The notes under the pieces: model-generated
Database searches by the model: none
Told to the model about the DNA's origin: nothing
Seen by the model: only the letters and a program-made list of their open reading frames with translations
Shown: positions 7,573 through 15,395 of the stretch, piece after piece
How the letters are laid out: each line of letters begins with the position of its first letter
How positions within the stretch are numbered: position 1 is the first letter of the stretch
Program-made: the position numbers and the translations under genes
Source of the DNA: Oligoflexales bacterium
Lineage (GTDB): Bacteria > Bdellovibrionota_B > Oligoflexia > Oligoflexales > CAIYRB01
Length of the DNA: 17,607 bases
Reading direction: 5' to 3'
Assembly: GCA_041736175.1 (NCBI GenBank)
Contig: JBGSUI010000078.1
Coordinates: forward strand, 1 to 17,607

Positions 7573-7893
7573 ATGAAAACTGATGATAGCTCACCCTCAG
7601 GCGATAACGTGATCAACCTTTCGGTGTTTCGCCAGAAAAAATCTGCCGAACAGGAGTTTGGCCGGGGGCGCTCGCCTCTTTATATGAGCCATCTCACCGG
7701 TAAGGTGACAGGCAGCCTTAAAGACCCAAAACAAGCGGGGGCTGATTTTGGCGACCGCCTACAGCGGATCCGTGCCAGCCTCGACAAGATCAACCGTCTG
7801 ATGTCTGAACTTAAAAAGATCGGTTCCATGGACGATTTTGGGCAGAAAAGCCAACCCACCACTCCAAGGCCGCCTACCAAAGAGCGCACTTAG
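7573..7893 (+). CDS. Small hypothetical protein (106 aa) with coiled-coil segment
   Basis: ATG with TAGG upstream; NVINLSVFRQKK, RSPLYMSHLTG, heptad-like DFGDRLQRIRASLDKINRLMSELKK. Confidence 0.75.
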   Translation: MKTDDSSPSGDNVINLSVFRQKKSAEQEFGRGRSPLYMSHLTGKVTGSLKDPKQAGADFGDRLQRIRASLDKINRLMSELKKIGSMDDFGQKSQPTTPRPPTKERT

Positions 7894-7900
7894 AAAATAC

Positions 7901-7932
7901 AAAAAAAAGCATCTCAGTGTTCGCTAAGATGC
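7901..7932 (-). terminator. Intrinsic terminator between convergent genes (U-tract on minus strand)
   Basis: GCATCT (7909-7914)/AGATGC (7927-7932) stem preceded by A8 (7901-7908) on the plus strand. Confidence 0.6.
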
Positions 7933-7989
7933 CTGTGAAAAATCCTAAGTAATTTGGTCCTGATTACGAGCCTCTTGAGGCCGCGATTC

Positions 7990-8523
7990 TTACAAGATAA
8001 AAAAGCGTGCAAGTTTACTGCAAGGGAACTTTTGATTTGCAAGGTGCAAATTACGGGTCATATATTGCAAAAAGTCGTCGTAACCTTCCATATAGATTTT
8101 TCCCTCCGCATAAAAATCAATATAGGTAGTGATGATTTCTATAGAGCGATTTTTGATTGACAGACTATCAAAGGGATTTTGACGGATCCCAACCCCAGGT
8201 ATCTTGTGGTTTTTTGCAGACTCTACTAACTGTTTGTAGGACTTAATTGATCGAATGGCCTCCAAGGTATCTTTGACAAATGAGGGATCTTCGTTGGCAC
8301 GTTTGAATTGCACCTGCATAAAGTCGGCAATTGCAGCGCCATCTTTTAAAAGATTTGGATCAGCGGTCCATTGGTAATAATCTTTTTTAACTTTACTCTT
8401 AAACAGGTTTTTTCCGAAATGACTCTCGAATGCGCGTTTAATATGTTGATCTTGATCAAAGATCAGATTTTTCTTGGCTACGACCACCTCAGTACAAAAC
8501 CCAAGAATAATATTTTGTCCCAT
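7990..8523 (-). CDS. Hypothetical protein (177 aa)
   Basis: Clean ORF, GGGA upstream of the ATG, 29 bp downstream of the co-oriented ATPase-nuclease gene; no motif I can assign. Confidence 0.75.
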   Translation of the reverse strand: MGQNIILGFCTEVVVAKKNLIFDQDQHIKRAFESHFGKNLFKSKVKKDYYQWTADPNLLKDGAAIADFMQVQFKRANEDPSFVKDTLEAIRSIKSYKQLVESAKNHKIPGVGIRQNPFDSLSIKNRSIEIITTYIDFYAEGKIYMEGYDDFLQYMTRNLHLANQKFPCSKLARFFIL

Positions 8524-8552
8524 TTTTTAATCCCAATTGTAAACTTTTGAAG

Positions 8553-10247
8553 TTAGCCGCCTATGGATCGACCTTGAAACACCTTGACTTGTTGTCCCTT
8601 AAAAACGATGGCGAGTGTTTTAATCCGAAGAACTCCCTTTTCGGTGAGTTTTGTCTCATATTTTCGATCTTCAATCTGCTGGAGAGCTTCTAATCCGACT
8701 TGTTCCCAGTCTTTGTGACCAAGGTACTTTTTAAATGCCTTGAATTCTATTATAAAACCTAGAGACTGTTTGTCTAGGGGTTCAAGGAAAATATCGTAAC
8801 AGCTATAACCACTTTGTTTGTTGGATTCGATAAAATATCGGTCTCGAAGATTTAACATCATGGCCAGTATAAACCCGTGGTAGAAACTCTCAGGTCGATC
8901 TAAGCGAGTTTCAAACTGAGAATAAGTCTGCTCGGCAATCAATCCAAGATGGGTTTCTAAGAGTTGAGTATCTCCATCTAGCAGTGCCTTTATTGACGCG
9001 AGAAAAAGAGGTCTTATCGACGACGTTTCAAACCATTCCCTTACGGCTTGTTCGTAGATCCCCATAATATCTCTGTTTGGAACCTTGAGTTTGAGACGGT
9101 CGTTGGAAGCTTCCCCAGTGCATTTTAAGTAGCCATTGATCAAAAATAAGGACCATATGCAGTCTGCTGATCCATTTTCATCCAAGTCTAAGTAGGTCCT
9201 AAACTTGTCGATGCGGGCTTCAATCTCCTCACCACCCATGAGTTGTTCGAGCTGCTGCTTACCATCGGCAGGCAAGATCCGAGCACATTTTTTGAAAATG
9301 ACATTGTCGATGGTGTTTGTCCCATAGGATTCAAGCTTTTGAGAGTGGAGGAAATGGACAATCGACCTAGGGTTAAAGAGGACCGTCTGGTTGCCAAATA
9401 GATACCCATTATACCAGTCTTTGAGGTCACCTAACGAGTCTTGGAGATTTAACGCCTTGAGAGCCTCGGAGACCTCAACCTTGGTAAGTCCAAAATACGC
9501 GGCATAGTGATCATCGCGAAGGGTATCCACTCTTATATTATTGATCTGGCTACTTGGCTTGGTGCCGCGGGTGATTCCGACCAAGACACCTTTAAACAAA
9601 TCACTGTTATCCTTAAGTATGGGACCTAGGAGCCCTAGCATAAAATACTCCATCTCAGACCAGTAGCCATGGAGATAGGCTTCCTCCATAGGCGCATCAT
9701 AATCATCTATCAGAAGCAGGACTTTGGTATTATGGAAGCGGTGTAGATGCTCGCATAGAATCGAGAGGGAATCTTGATACCGTGATGGGCTAGCGTTTCC
9801 ATCAATAATCGATTTATAGATCTCCACATACCATGAGTCTAAAATGGGTGATTTCAGCAAGTAATCAAAGTCTTTAAAAACTGCGCTAATCGCCGCCACT
9901 ATGCCTGCATATGCAGACTCAAATGACTCATTGTGTAGGCCTTTAAAGGAGATAGAAATGGTGGGATAGCAACCTTGGCGGTTCTTGTAAGTTTGGTCCA
10001 GTTGCCAAATCTTAAGGCGATGGAATAGACCCTCATCGGATTTATGTGTTAAGTCAAAAAAGCAACGCAGCATATCCAGATTGAGGGATTTGCCGAATCC
10101 ACGTGGTCTAGTGATGAGTGTGACTGGGTCATTAGAGTCGAGGAGGTCACTTATGAAAAGAGACTTATCTACATAAAAATGGTTTTCCTCGATGACCTGC
10201 TTGAAGTTACTGATGCCAATTTCGATTTTAGAAGTGCGAGCTAACAT
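8553..10247 (-). CDS. AAA-ATPase_like + PD-(D/E)XK nuclease (PDDEXK_9) family protein
   Basis: IGISNF...FYVDKS, LITRPRGFGKSLNLDML, LLIDDYDAP, WYNGYLF, ESFYHGF, YDI...IIEFK, ALQQIEDRKY. ATG at 10247 with GAGG upstream preferred over 10325. Confidence 0.88.
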   Translation of the reverse strand: MLARTSKIEIGISNFKQVIEENHFYVDKSLFISDLLDSNDPVTLITRPRGFGKSLNLDMLRCFFDLTHKSDEGLFHRLKIWQLDQTYKNRQGCYPTISISFKGLHNESFESAYAGIVAAISAVFKDFDYLLKSPILDSWYVEIYKSIIDGNASPSRYQDSLSILCEHLHRFHNTKVLLLIDDYDAPMEEAYLHGYWSEMEYFMLGLLGPILKDNSDLFKGVLVGITRGTKPSSQINNIRVDTLRDDHYAAYFGLTKVEVSEALKALNLQDSLGDLKDWYNGYLFGNQTVLFNPRSIVHFLHSQKLESYGTNTIDNVIFKKCARILPADGKQQLEQLMGGEEIEARIDKFRTYLDLDENGSADCIWSLFLINGYLKCTGEASNDRLKLKVPNRDIMGIYEQAVREWFETSSIRPLFLASIKALLDGDTQLLETHLGLIAEQTYSQFETRLDRPESFYHGFILAMMLNLRDRYFIESNKQSGYSCYDIFLEPLDKQSLGFIIEFKAFKKYLGHKDWEQVGLEALQQIEDRKYETKLTEKGVLRIKTLAIVFKGQQVKVFQGRSIGG

Positions 10248-10812
10248 ATTCTGTTCCTCTAAGGGTAGGATGGTTAAAAAATCGATCTGAGTCCCCATGC
10301 GGCCTGAAGTTACCCCGCTCCCCACTTTAAGTAAAGCTCGTAAAGCTTGGTTTAATAGGGAGAGTCCTCAAGAAGAAATGGAACTCCTTTACCAAAGCAG
10401 CGCATCTCCATGATGTGAATCTCAGTAGCATATAACAACCCAAAAATGTAGGATATATTGGCCATAAATAGATGCTGGCATGAAATCTGCATATCAACAC
10501 TTGGTTTAGAAAACAGTGAATGCCTGCTAAGGCACCACCACACTGGCATTAAGAGGGACACGAGCGAGACATGGGTCGAGTAAAAAATCATAAAACTTTT
10601 TTTAATGGGGTAGGTGTCATGCTTTGTAGATGGCCCCTCCAAAGGATGATGCGTCTGCAGAAATCAACCAACTGGCCAAACAACCAATACCGACAAATAC
10701 TCCAACTGCGGCATTCTATGGAGGACACACTGTGGTCGCTAACCGACATTTACAAGTCATTTTGGTTGGTTTTAAGCCGCAAAGACAAACTCAGGATTGA
10801 TTATGTTACGCG

Positions 10813-10840
10813 TTGACAATATTGACCACCCTATGACAAT
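10813..10840 (+). promoter_or_regulatory. Putative sigma70 promoter for the 160-aa gene
   Basis: TTGACA (10813-10818), 16 bp, GACAAT (10835-10840). Confidence 0.4.
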
Positions 10841-10915
10841 TTTGGGCACCTAACTACAGGCATGTCGTCCTGTAGGAGTTAACAATAGATAGATTTTAAA
10901 GGAAGGACTTACATC

Positions 10916-11398
10916 TTGGAGAACGATGATCGGAAAAAGCATTTGGATCAATTTTTAGAAGCGGCACTCCGCTACCAAAAAGAAAATCCACCAGCGAGGC
11001 TTTATGGTGAAGAACTTTGGTTTAGAGGAGTGACGATCAACTTGGGAGCGAAACGACAGATTTTGGGCATCGTAAAGGTCTTATTTGAGGAACAAAATAG
11101 ACCAGTCAGTTTGCGGCAACTTATGATCAATCTAGGGGAAATTACAGATCTAGAAAAATGCTCAGACCGCCTCCTGAGAACCTATCGGCAAAGGATTCTC
11201 AAATCTATCCAAAGAAGCCGCCATTTTCTCGAGGCCAGCTATAAAAAGTACGGTCTTAACCAAGAGTGGCTCCCCTACAATCATAAGCTAGGGACATGGA
11301 ATCTTTATGGTCGCCAAAATCCCCCGCCGATCAACAGAAAAAGGGAACGGGCAAATCCGTCAGAGAGCACCTCTCATGACCCAAACGAGTCGTGTTAG
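10916..11398 (+). CDS. Hypothetical protein, possible winged-helix (OmpR/PhoB-like) DNA-binding domain
   Basis: TTG start with AAGGAAGGA RBS; beta-strands LWFRGVTINL, helix ILGIVKVLFEEQNRPVSLRQLM, basic helix RQRILKSIQRSRHFL and wing-like WLPYNHKLGTWNL. Confidence 0.6.
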   Translation: MENDDRKKHLDQFLEAALRYQKENPPARLYGEELWFRGVTINLGAKRQILGIVKVLFEEQNRPVSLRQLMINLGEITDLEKCSDRLLRTYRQRILKSIQRSRHFLEASYKKYGLNQEWLPYNHKLGTWNLYGRQNPPPINRKRERANPSESTSHDPNESC

Positions 11399-11422
11399 GT
11401 CTAAGGGCAAATGGTCTGCCCA

Positions 11423-11458
11423 GCTACGATCTCATCATCAATTTAATGTGATCGTAGC
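11423..11458. terminator. Hairpin between convergent genes (possible terminator)
   Basis: GCTACGATC (11423-11431)/GATCGTAGC (11450-11458); no clear U-tract. Confidence 0.35.
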
Positions 11459-11466
11459 CTGGTCAC

Positions 11467-12849
11467 TCACCCAGAAAAAGTTTCAGCCTGAACCTCAGAA
11501 CTCACACTGCTGGGGGCGAGGATTTTAGAAACACGAAGCCGTTTGATACGATTGCGGTCCAGGGTGGAGACTTCGAGATTGAGCGAACCGATCTTCAAAG
11601 TCTTTCCTACTTCTGGAAGCTCCCCAAGGGTAGCCGTAAAATAGCCACCTATGGTATCAATCCCCTCGTCGGAATAATCAGTGGTCTCCCCTTCTTTGAT
11701 CTCGAAAAAGGCGATAAATTCGTCGATATGACAGGACCCAGCCACATCAAAAATGCCCTGTTCAAGCTCTACAATATCGGCTTCTTCTGTATCAAACTCA
11801 TCCTGGATATCCCCAACAATCTCTTCGAGGATATCTTCCATGGTAACGAGTCCCGCAGTCCCCCCATGCTCGTCGACGACGATAGCCATATGGCTTTTGT
11901 TCTTTTTTAGGTCTTTAAAGACATCCATAATGGGTTTTGACTCAGGGATAAAGAAGGGCTCCCGCATGATATCTGAGATCTTCCTCTGGTGGGGTTTGCC
12001 GAATTCCTTTGCGAGTTTAAGAAGGTCCTTTGCCAGTAATATCCCCACCACATGGTCGATGCCCTCAGCCCCGCATATGGGGATCCGGGACATCTCGGAC
12101 TCCGTCGAGGCTTCTAGAGCCTGGGAAAAACTCGAGGTGACCGGGATCCACTTAATATCCAAACGTGGGGTCATAATCTCTCTGACCTTTGTTTCGTCAA
12201 ATTCGAAAACTCCTTCGATCATATCTTTCTTAGTCTCTTCCAGAACACCAGTCCGTTGGCCCAACTGCAACAGATACTCAATCTCCTCCTCGCTGATCGG
12301 AGGATGTTCCTTTTCTTTTGCTCCAAAACGGGCTGCAAACCAATGCTGGAGTTTTGTCATCCCGATGATAAGCGGCATGGCCAATAGAAAGAGTCCATAG
12401 GCAAAACGAATGCTGATCAAGAGGGCTGAATCGGAAAAAGCTTTAGTCAAAGCTCTTGGTATGACCTCGCCAAAGATTACGATCATCAAGACCGAGATCA
12501 GAAAGGAGATGGACCTGGTAAAAAAGTTAATCGCAAAATTTTCGCTCGCCGTCATGATCCCGTAAACAACCAAGACGGTTGCAATTGATTCAAACATCAC
12601 CACGGCAGCGAGGATTCTTGAGGGATGTTCGATCCAAACTTTAACGGATCGCATCTCCCGCCCAGCGATTTGCTTAAGGTTTTTTGCTCGTAGAGTCCCG
12701 AGTGATAGGATGATCTGTTCGATAGTGGAAAACAGCCCCAGACCTAACAATGATAAGACAAGGATTAAAATGGGCTGAGCAAAACCTAAAAACTCTGCCA
12801 TAGCACCTAGGTTTGCTAGGTCGCTAAGTTCCGAAGGGGTTATATCCAT
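11467..12849 (-). CDS. CNNM/HlyC-CorC family (hemolysin-like) transporter: DUF21 TM + CBS pair + CorC_HlyC
   Basis: TM helices with IFGEVIPR; VREIMTPRLDI, SRIPI, HMAIVVDEHGGTAGLVTMEDILEEIVGDIQDEFD; DTIGGY...LGELP; classic position downstream of ybeY. Confidence 0.93.
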   Translation of the reverse strand: MDITPSELSDLANLGAMAEFLGFAQPILILVLSLLGLGLFSTIEQIILSLGTLRAKNLKQIAGREMRSVKVWIEHPSRILAAVVMFESIATVLVVYGIMTASENFAINFFTRSISFLISVLMIVIFGEVIPRALTKAFSDSALLISIRFAYGLFLLAMPLIIGMTKLQHWFAARFGAKEKEHPPISEEEIEYLLQLGQRTGVLEETKKDMIEGVFEFDETKVREIMTPRLDIKWIPVTSSFSQALEASTESEMSRIPICGAEGIDHVVGILLAKDLLKLAKEFGKPHQRKISDIMREPFFIPESKPIMDVFKDLKKNKSHMAIVVDEHGGTAGLVTMEDILEEIVGDIQDEFDTEEADIVELEQGIFDVAGSCHIDEFIAFFEIKEGETTDYSDEGIDTIGGYFTATLGELPEVGKTLKIGSLNLEVSTLDRNRIKRLRVSKILAPSSVSSEVQAETFSG

Positions 12850-12904
12850 GGGGAGATATCGCCCCGCTGATAAAATTTGAAAGATCTAAGTAACAAACTA
12901 ACTC

Positions 12905-13522
12905 CTATTTTAATTGGGTGCGTCCCTTGAGGCGCTCAACAGACCTATGCCACAAGGGTTTACCGAAAGTTTGGGAAGCTGGGCTTTGATCCAGGATTTT
13001 CATCGCTTTTTTCTGTTGTTTGAGCATTTTTTGCTCTTCGATGGGGTTCATATGATCATGACCGCAAAGATGAAGCAACCCATGTACAATAAGGAAACAA
13101 ACCTCACGGTCAAGGGTTTGACCGATTTGCCCAGCATTTTTCTCGGCTTCAGGAAGCGATATCACGAGATCTCCGAGTATCAGACCTCCAGAAACCCTAG
13201 GCCCTGAGATGATGTGGGGGTCATCTGCCTTTTTAAGCTGTCGGCGCCCTCCAGCTTGCTTTTGTAACTGTAAAGGGACCTTCCAGGTGCATTGGGGAAA
13301 GGACAGGACATCGGTGGTTCGGTCCTTTTGCCTAAAAGTTTGGTTAAGATTGCGCATTTTGGAAGAGCTGACAAAACCAAGAGAAAGTTCGCAGTTTCCC
13401 AATCCCAAGTGGTCCAAAAGAGTTGCAATCAAAATATTGAGTTTACGTCGGCGGATCGTGTAACGGCGTGTCGTAGCTGTCATCACAATCTTATGGGAGA
13501 CGCGAGTCGCTCTAGCTTTCAT
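12905..13522 (-). CDS. ybeY: rRNA maturation RNase YbeY
   Basis: MRNLNQTFRQKDRTTDVLSFP, LGDLVIS, HGLLHLCGHDH (H-x3-H-x5-H). Start uncertain (13549, 13522 or later). Confidence 0.95.
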   Translation of the reverse strand: MKARATRVSHKIVMTATTRRYTIRRRKLNILIATLLDHLGLGNCELSLGFVSSSKMRNLNQTFRQKDRTTDVLSFPQCTWKVPLQLQKQAGGRRQLKKADDPHIISGPRVSGGLILGDLVISLPEAEKNAGQIGQTLDREVCFLIVHGLLHLCGHDHMNPIEEQKMLKQQKKAMKILDQSPASQTFGKPLWHRSVERLKGRTQLK

Positions 13523-13823
13523 CGTCGCTCGACTTCGTTCGTAGGACAAAGGGGCGGACGATTTTGGGGTCTTCCTCTAACTCCCGTTTGATCTTAAACC
13601 CGCCGCTCCCCTTAGTTTGAGGGATGGGAGTTTGGGATTTCAAAGAGTCAAGAGAACTCACCACGGTAGGGGATCCCGCTGGTGAAGCAAGATCGACTTC
13701 TGACGGTCTCTCCTGAAATCGAATGATGGCATCCCACAGGCGTTTGTGATCCGATTCCACAGGGGCATTTGGTGTGGTCAGGGAGAGGGCTTTAGGGCCG
13801 GAAATTTTGATGTGGTCACTCAT
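13512..13823 (-). CDS. Hypothetical protein (103 aa, Ser/Pro-rich)
   Basis: ORF fills the trmB-ybeY gap on the operon strand and overlaps the ybeY start. Confidence 0.6.
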   Translation of the reverse strand: MSDHIKISGPKALSLTTPNAPVESDHKRLWDAIIRFQERPSEVDLASPAGSPTVVSSLDSLKSQTPIPQTKGSGGFKIKRELEEDPKIVRPFVLRTKSSDDES

Positions 13824-13974
13824 GAACGGGCGTTTTATTGATCCTTTTTTGGCAGATTTCCCGAAAAGTAACGTTACTGGTGGAAACCTAATCCTTGACT
13901 CTCAGTATAACTCATCACTGGGGTGGTCCCAAGGGGCTGTTTCTACCTAGTTGGAATTATAAAATTGTCAATGT

Positions 13975-14727
13975 TTAAGCATCGAGCTTTTGGAAGACAC
14001 ATCCATAGGTTGGCAGGCCTTGGGCGTGAAACCTTGTTTCGAAACTACTGGAATAATCTCGGCCTAATGCTACTGGAAACGACCCTGTGGCGCCAAAACC
14101 GTGGGCGGTCATCAGTGCGGCGACCTGGTCAAAGTAGATTTTCTGGTCGGATTTGAACCAGACAAAACCATTTAGTTTAAGGCATTTTTTGATTTCTGTC
14201 ATAAAGTGTTCATTGACCAAGCGGTTTTTTGTTTGGCGCGCTTTTTTAACCCAGGGATCAGGAAAGAAAATCACCAGGCCGTCCACCTCGTTGGGAGCAA
14301 AGATATGGCTTAGATTTTGGGCATTCGCCAGAGCGCAAAAAGCATTTTGCACGGAGTTTTTAGCCAGTCGCTCCGCAGTGGTGACGATCCGCTTAAAGGT
14401 GATATCGAGGCCAACCAAGGTCCAGTCGGGGTGGCTGAGAGCGATCTCCGTCAGAGTGTGGCCATTGTGGCAGCCGATTTCGAGCAGGAGAGGGGTTCCC
14501 GCTTTGTGAGTGGGTTCACCGGATGGGGTAATAACTGGCTGCTTATGATGGTGAAATAACGAAATACCCTCACGCCAGTGTCCCACAAAACGCCTCAAGT
14601 CCTGTCCATAGGTTAGGGGCAGTGATTGGTTTGCCCTATGGGTTTTGAGCAGTTCTACATAGGGATTTACGTTGGGGTCCAATTTGTCGATAAACTCGAA
14701 AAAAGGATCTGGATTCTTGACGGGCAT
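13975..14727 (-). CDS. trmB: tRNA (guanine-N7)-methyltransferase TrmB
   Basis: LLEIGCHNG, LVGLDI, IFFPDPWVKKARQTKNRLV, LNGFVWFKSD, SSFETRF. ATG at 14727 (alternative TTG at 14745). Confidence 0.93.
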   Translation of the reverse strand: MPVKNPDPFFEFIDKLDPNVNPYVELLKTHRANQSLPLTYGQDLRRFVGHWREGISLFHHHKQPVITPSGEPTHKAGTPLLLEIGCHNGHTLTEIALSHPDWTLVGLDITFKRIVTTAERLAKNSVQNAFCALANAQNLSHIFAPNEVDGLVIFFPDPWVKKARQTKNRLVNEHFMTEIKKCLKLNGFVWFKSDQKIYFDQVAALMTAHGFGATGSFPVALGRDYSSSFETRFHAQGLPTYGCVFQKLDA

Positions 14728-14809
14728 GGACGACCTATGGGGCAAAGGGGATAAGCTGGTTCGTTAATAATTATATTGAAAGTTTGTTCGAGGGAACTAC
14801 GCCGGTCTT

Positions 14810-15228
14810 GGGGGGTTACGATAAGCCGGATTCTGTCTGACTGCCTAAGCAGCTGGGTTATCATTTATCTGGGCCATTCGTTACCGGTGGCCTCAAGCAA
14901 CCTACCCGGGAGACAACGTCGGGCCGACATTTGACCACATTTCTGCAGTCGCTCTCCCCTATTTGGTCTTGCTTCGGATGGGGTTTGCCGCACTCCACTG
15001 TTGCCAGGGAATGGGTGAGCTCTTACCTCACCGTTTCACCCTTACTTGGGAACACCTACGAAGTTCGCAGGTTAACCCAAGCGGTTTACTTTCTGTTGCA
15101 CTTTCCGTCGGGTTTCCCCGCCTGGCCGTTAGCCAGCATCACGCCCTGCGAAGTCCGGACTTTCCTCCCGTCTCTTATGAGGCATCAAAAACACCCCTCA
15201 AGAAACGCGCGATAACCTGTAGTCCCCC
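14810..15228 (-). ncRNA. rnpB: RNase P RNA, bacterial class A
   Basis: Minus strand has GAGGAAAGTCCGGAC, GGAAAGTGCAACAGAAAGTAAACCGC, GGGTGAAACGGTGAGGTAAGAGCTCACC, GGCAAACCCC...AGCAAG, AGATAAATGAT and ACAGAATCCGGCTTAT; terminal GGGGG/CCCCC P1 pairing. Confidence 0.98.
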
Positions 15229-15259
15229 TTGATTGACATAGAACCCTCGAACGGTGCGG

Positions 15260-15288
15260 AGTGTAGGATAAAAACCCTCTTTTATCAA
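15260..15288 (-). promoter_or_regulatory. sigma70 promoter of rnpB
   Basis: Minus strand TTGATA (15288-15283), 17 bp, TACACT (15265-15260), about 30 nt upstream of the P1 5' end. Confidence 0.65.
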
Positions 15289-15395
15289 GGAACTCTTTAA
15301 AGTTATTTACGAGAAAAAGACGTTGGAAATTCACTGATCTCTCTGATATTATTTATCTAAGTTAGAAAGTGCGGGTGCTCATAACATTTACTTGA

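Noticed and set aside
10352..10816. 96-aa (minus) and 81-aa (plus) ORFs
   Set aside because: They overlap each other, have atypical composition and show no motifs; not supportable as genes.
11753..12400. 215-aa plus-strand ORF and other antisense ORFs (2113-2535, 3086-3328, 13209-13463, 14153-14509, 16453-16797)
   Set aside because: Shadow frames opposite well-supported genes, with Ser-rich antisense composition and no motifs.
14931..15232. 94-aa and 89-aa plus-strand ORFs
   Set aside because: They lie antisense to the RNase P RNA gene.
15233..15270. Plus-strand sigma70 promoter from TTGACA at 15233-15238
   Set aside because: No acceptable -10 hexamer at 16-18 bp spacing.
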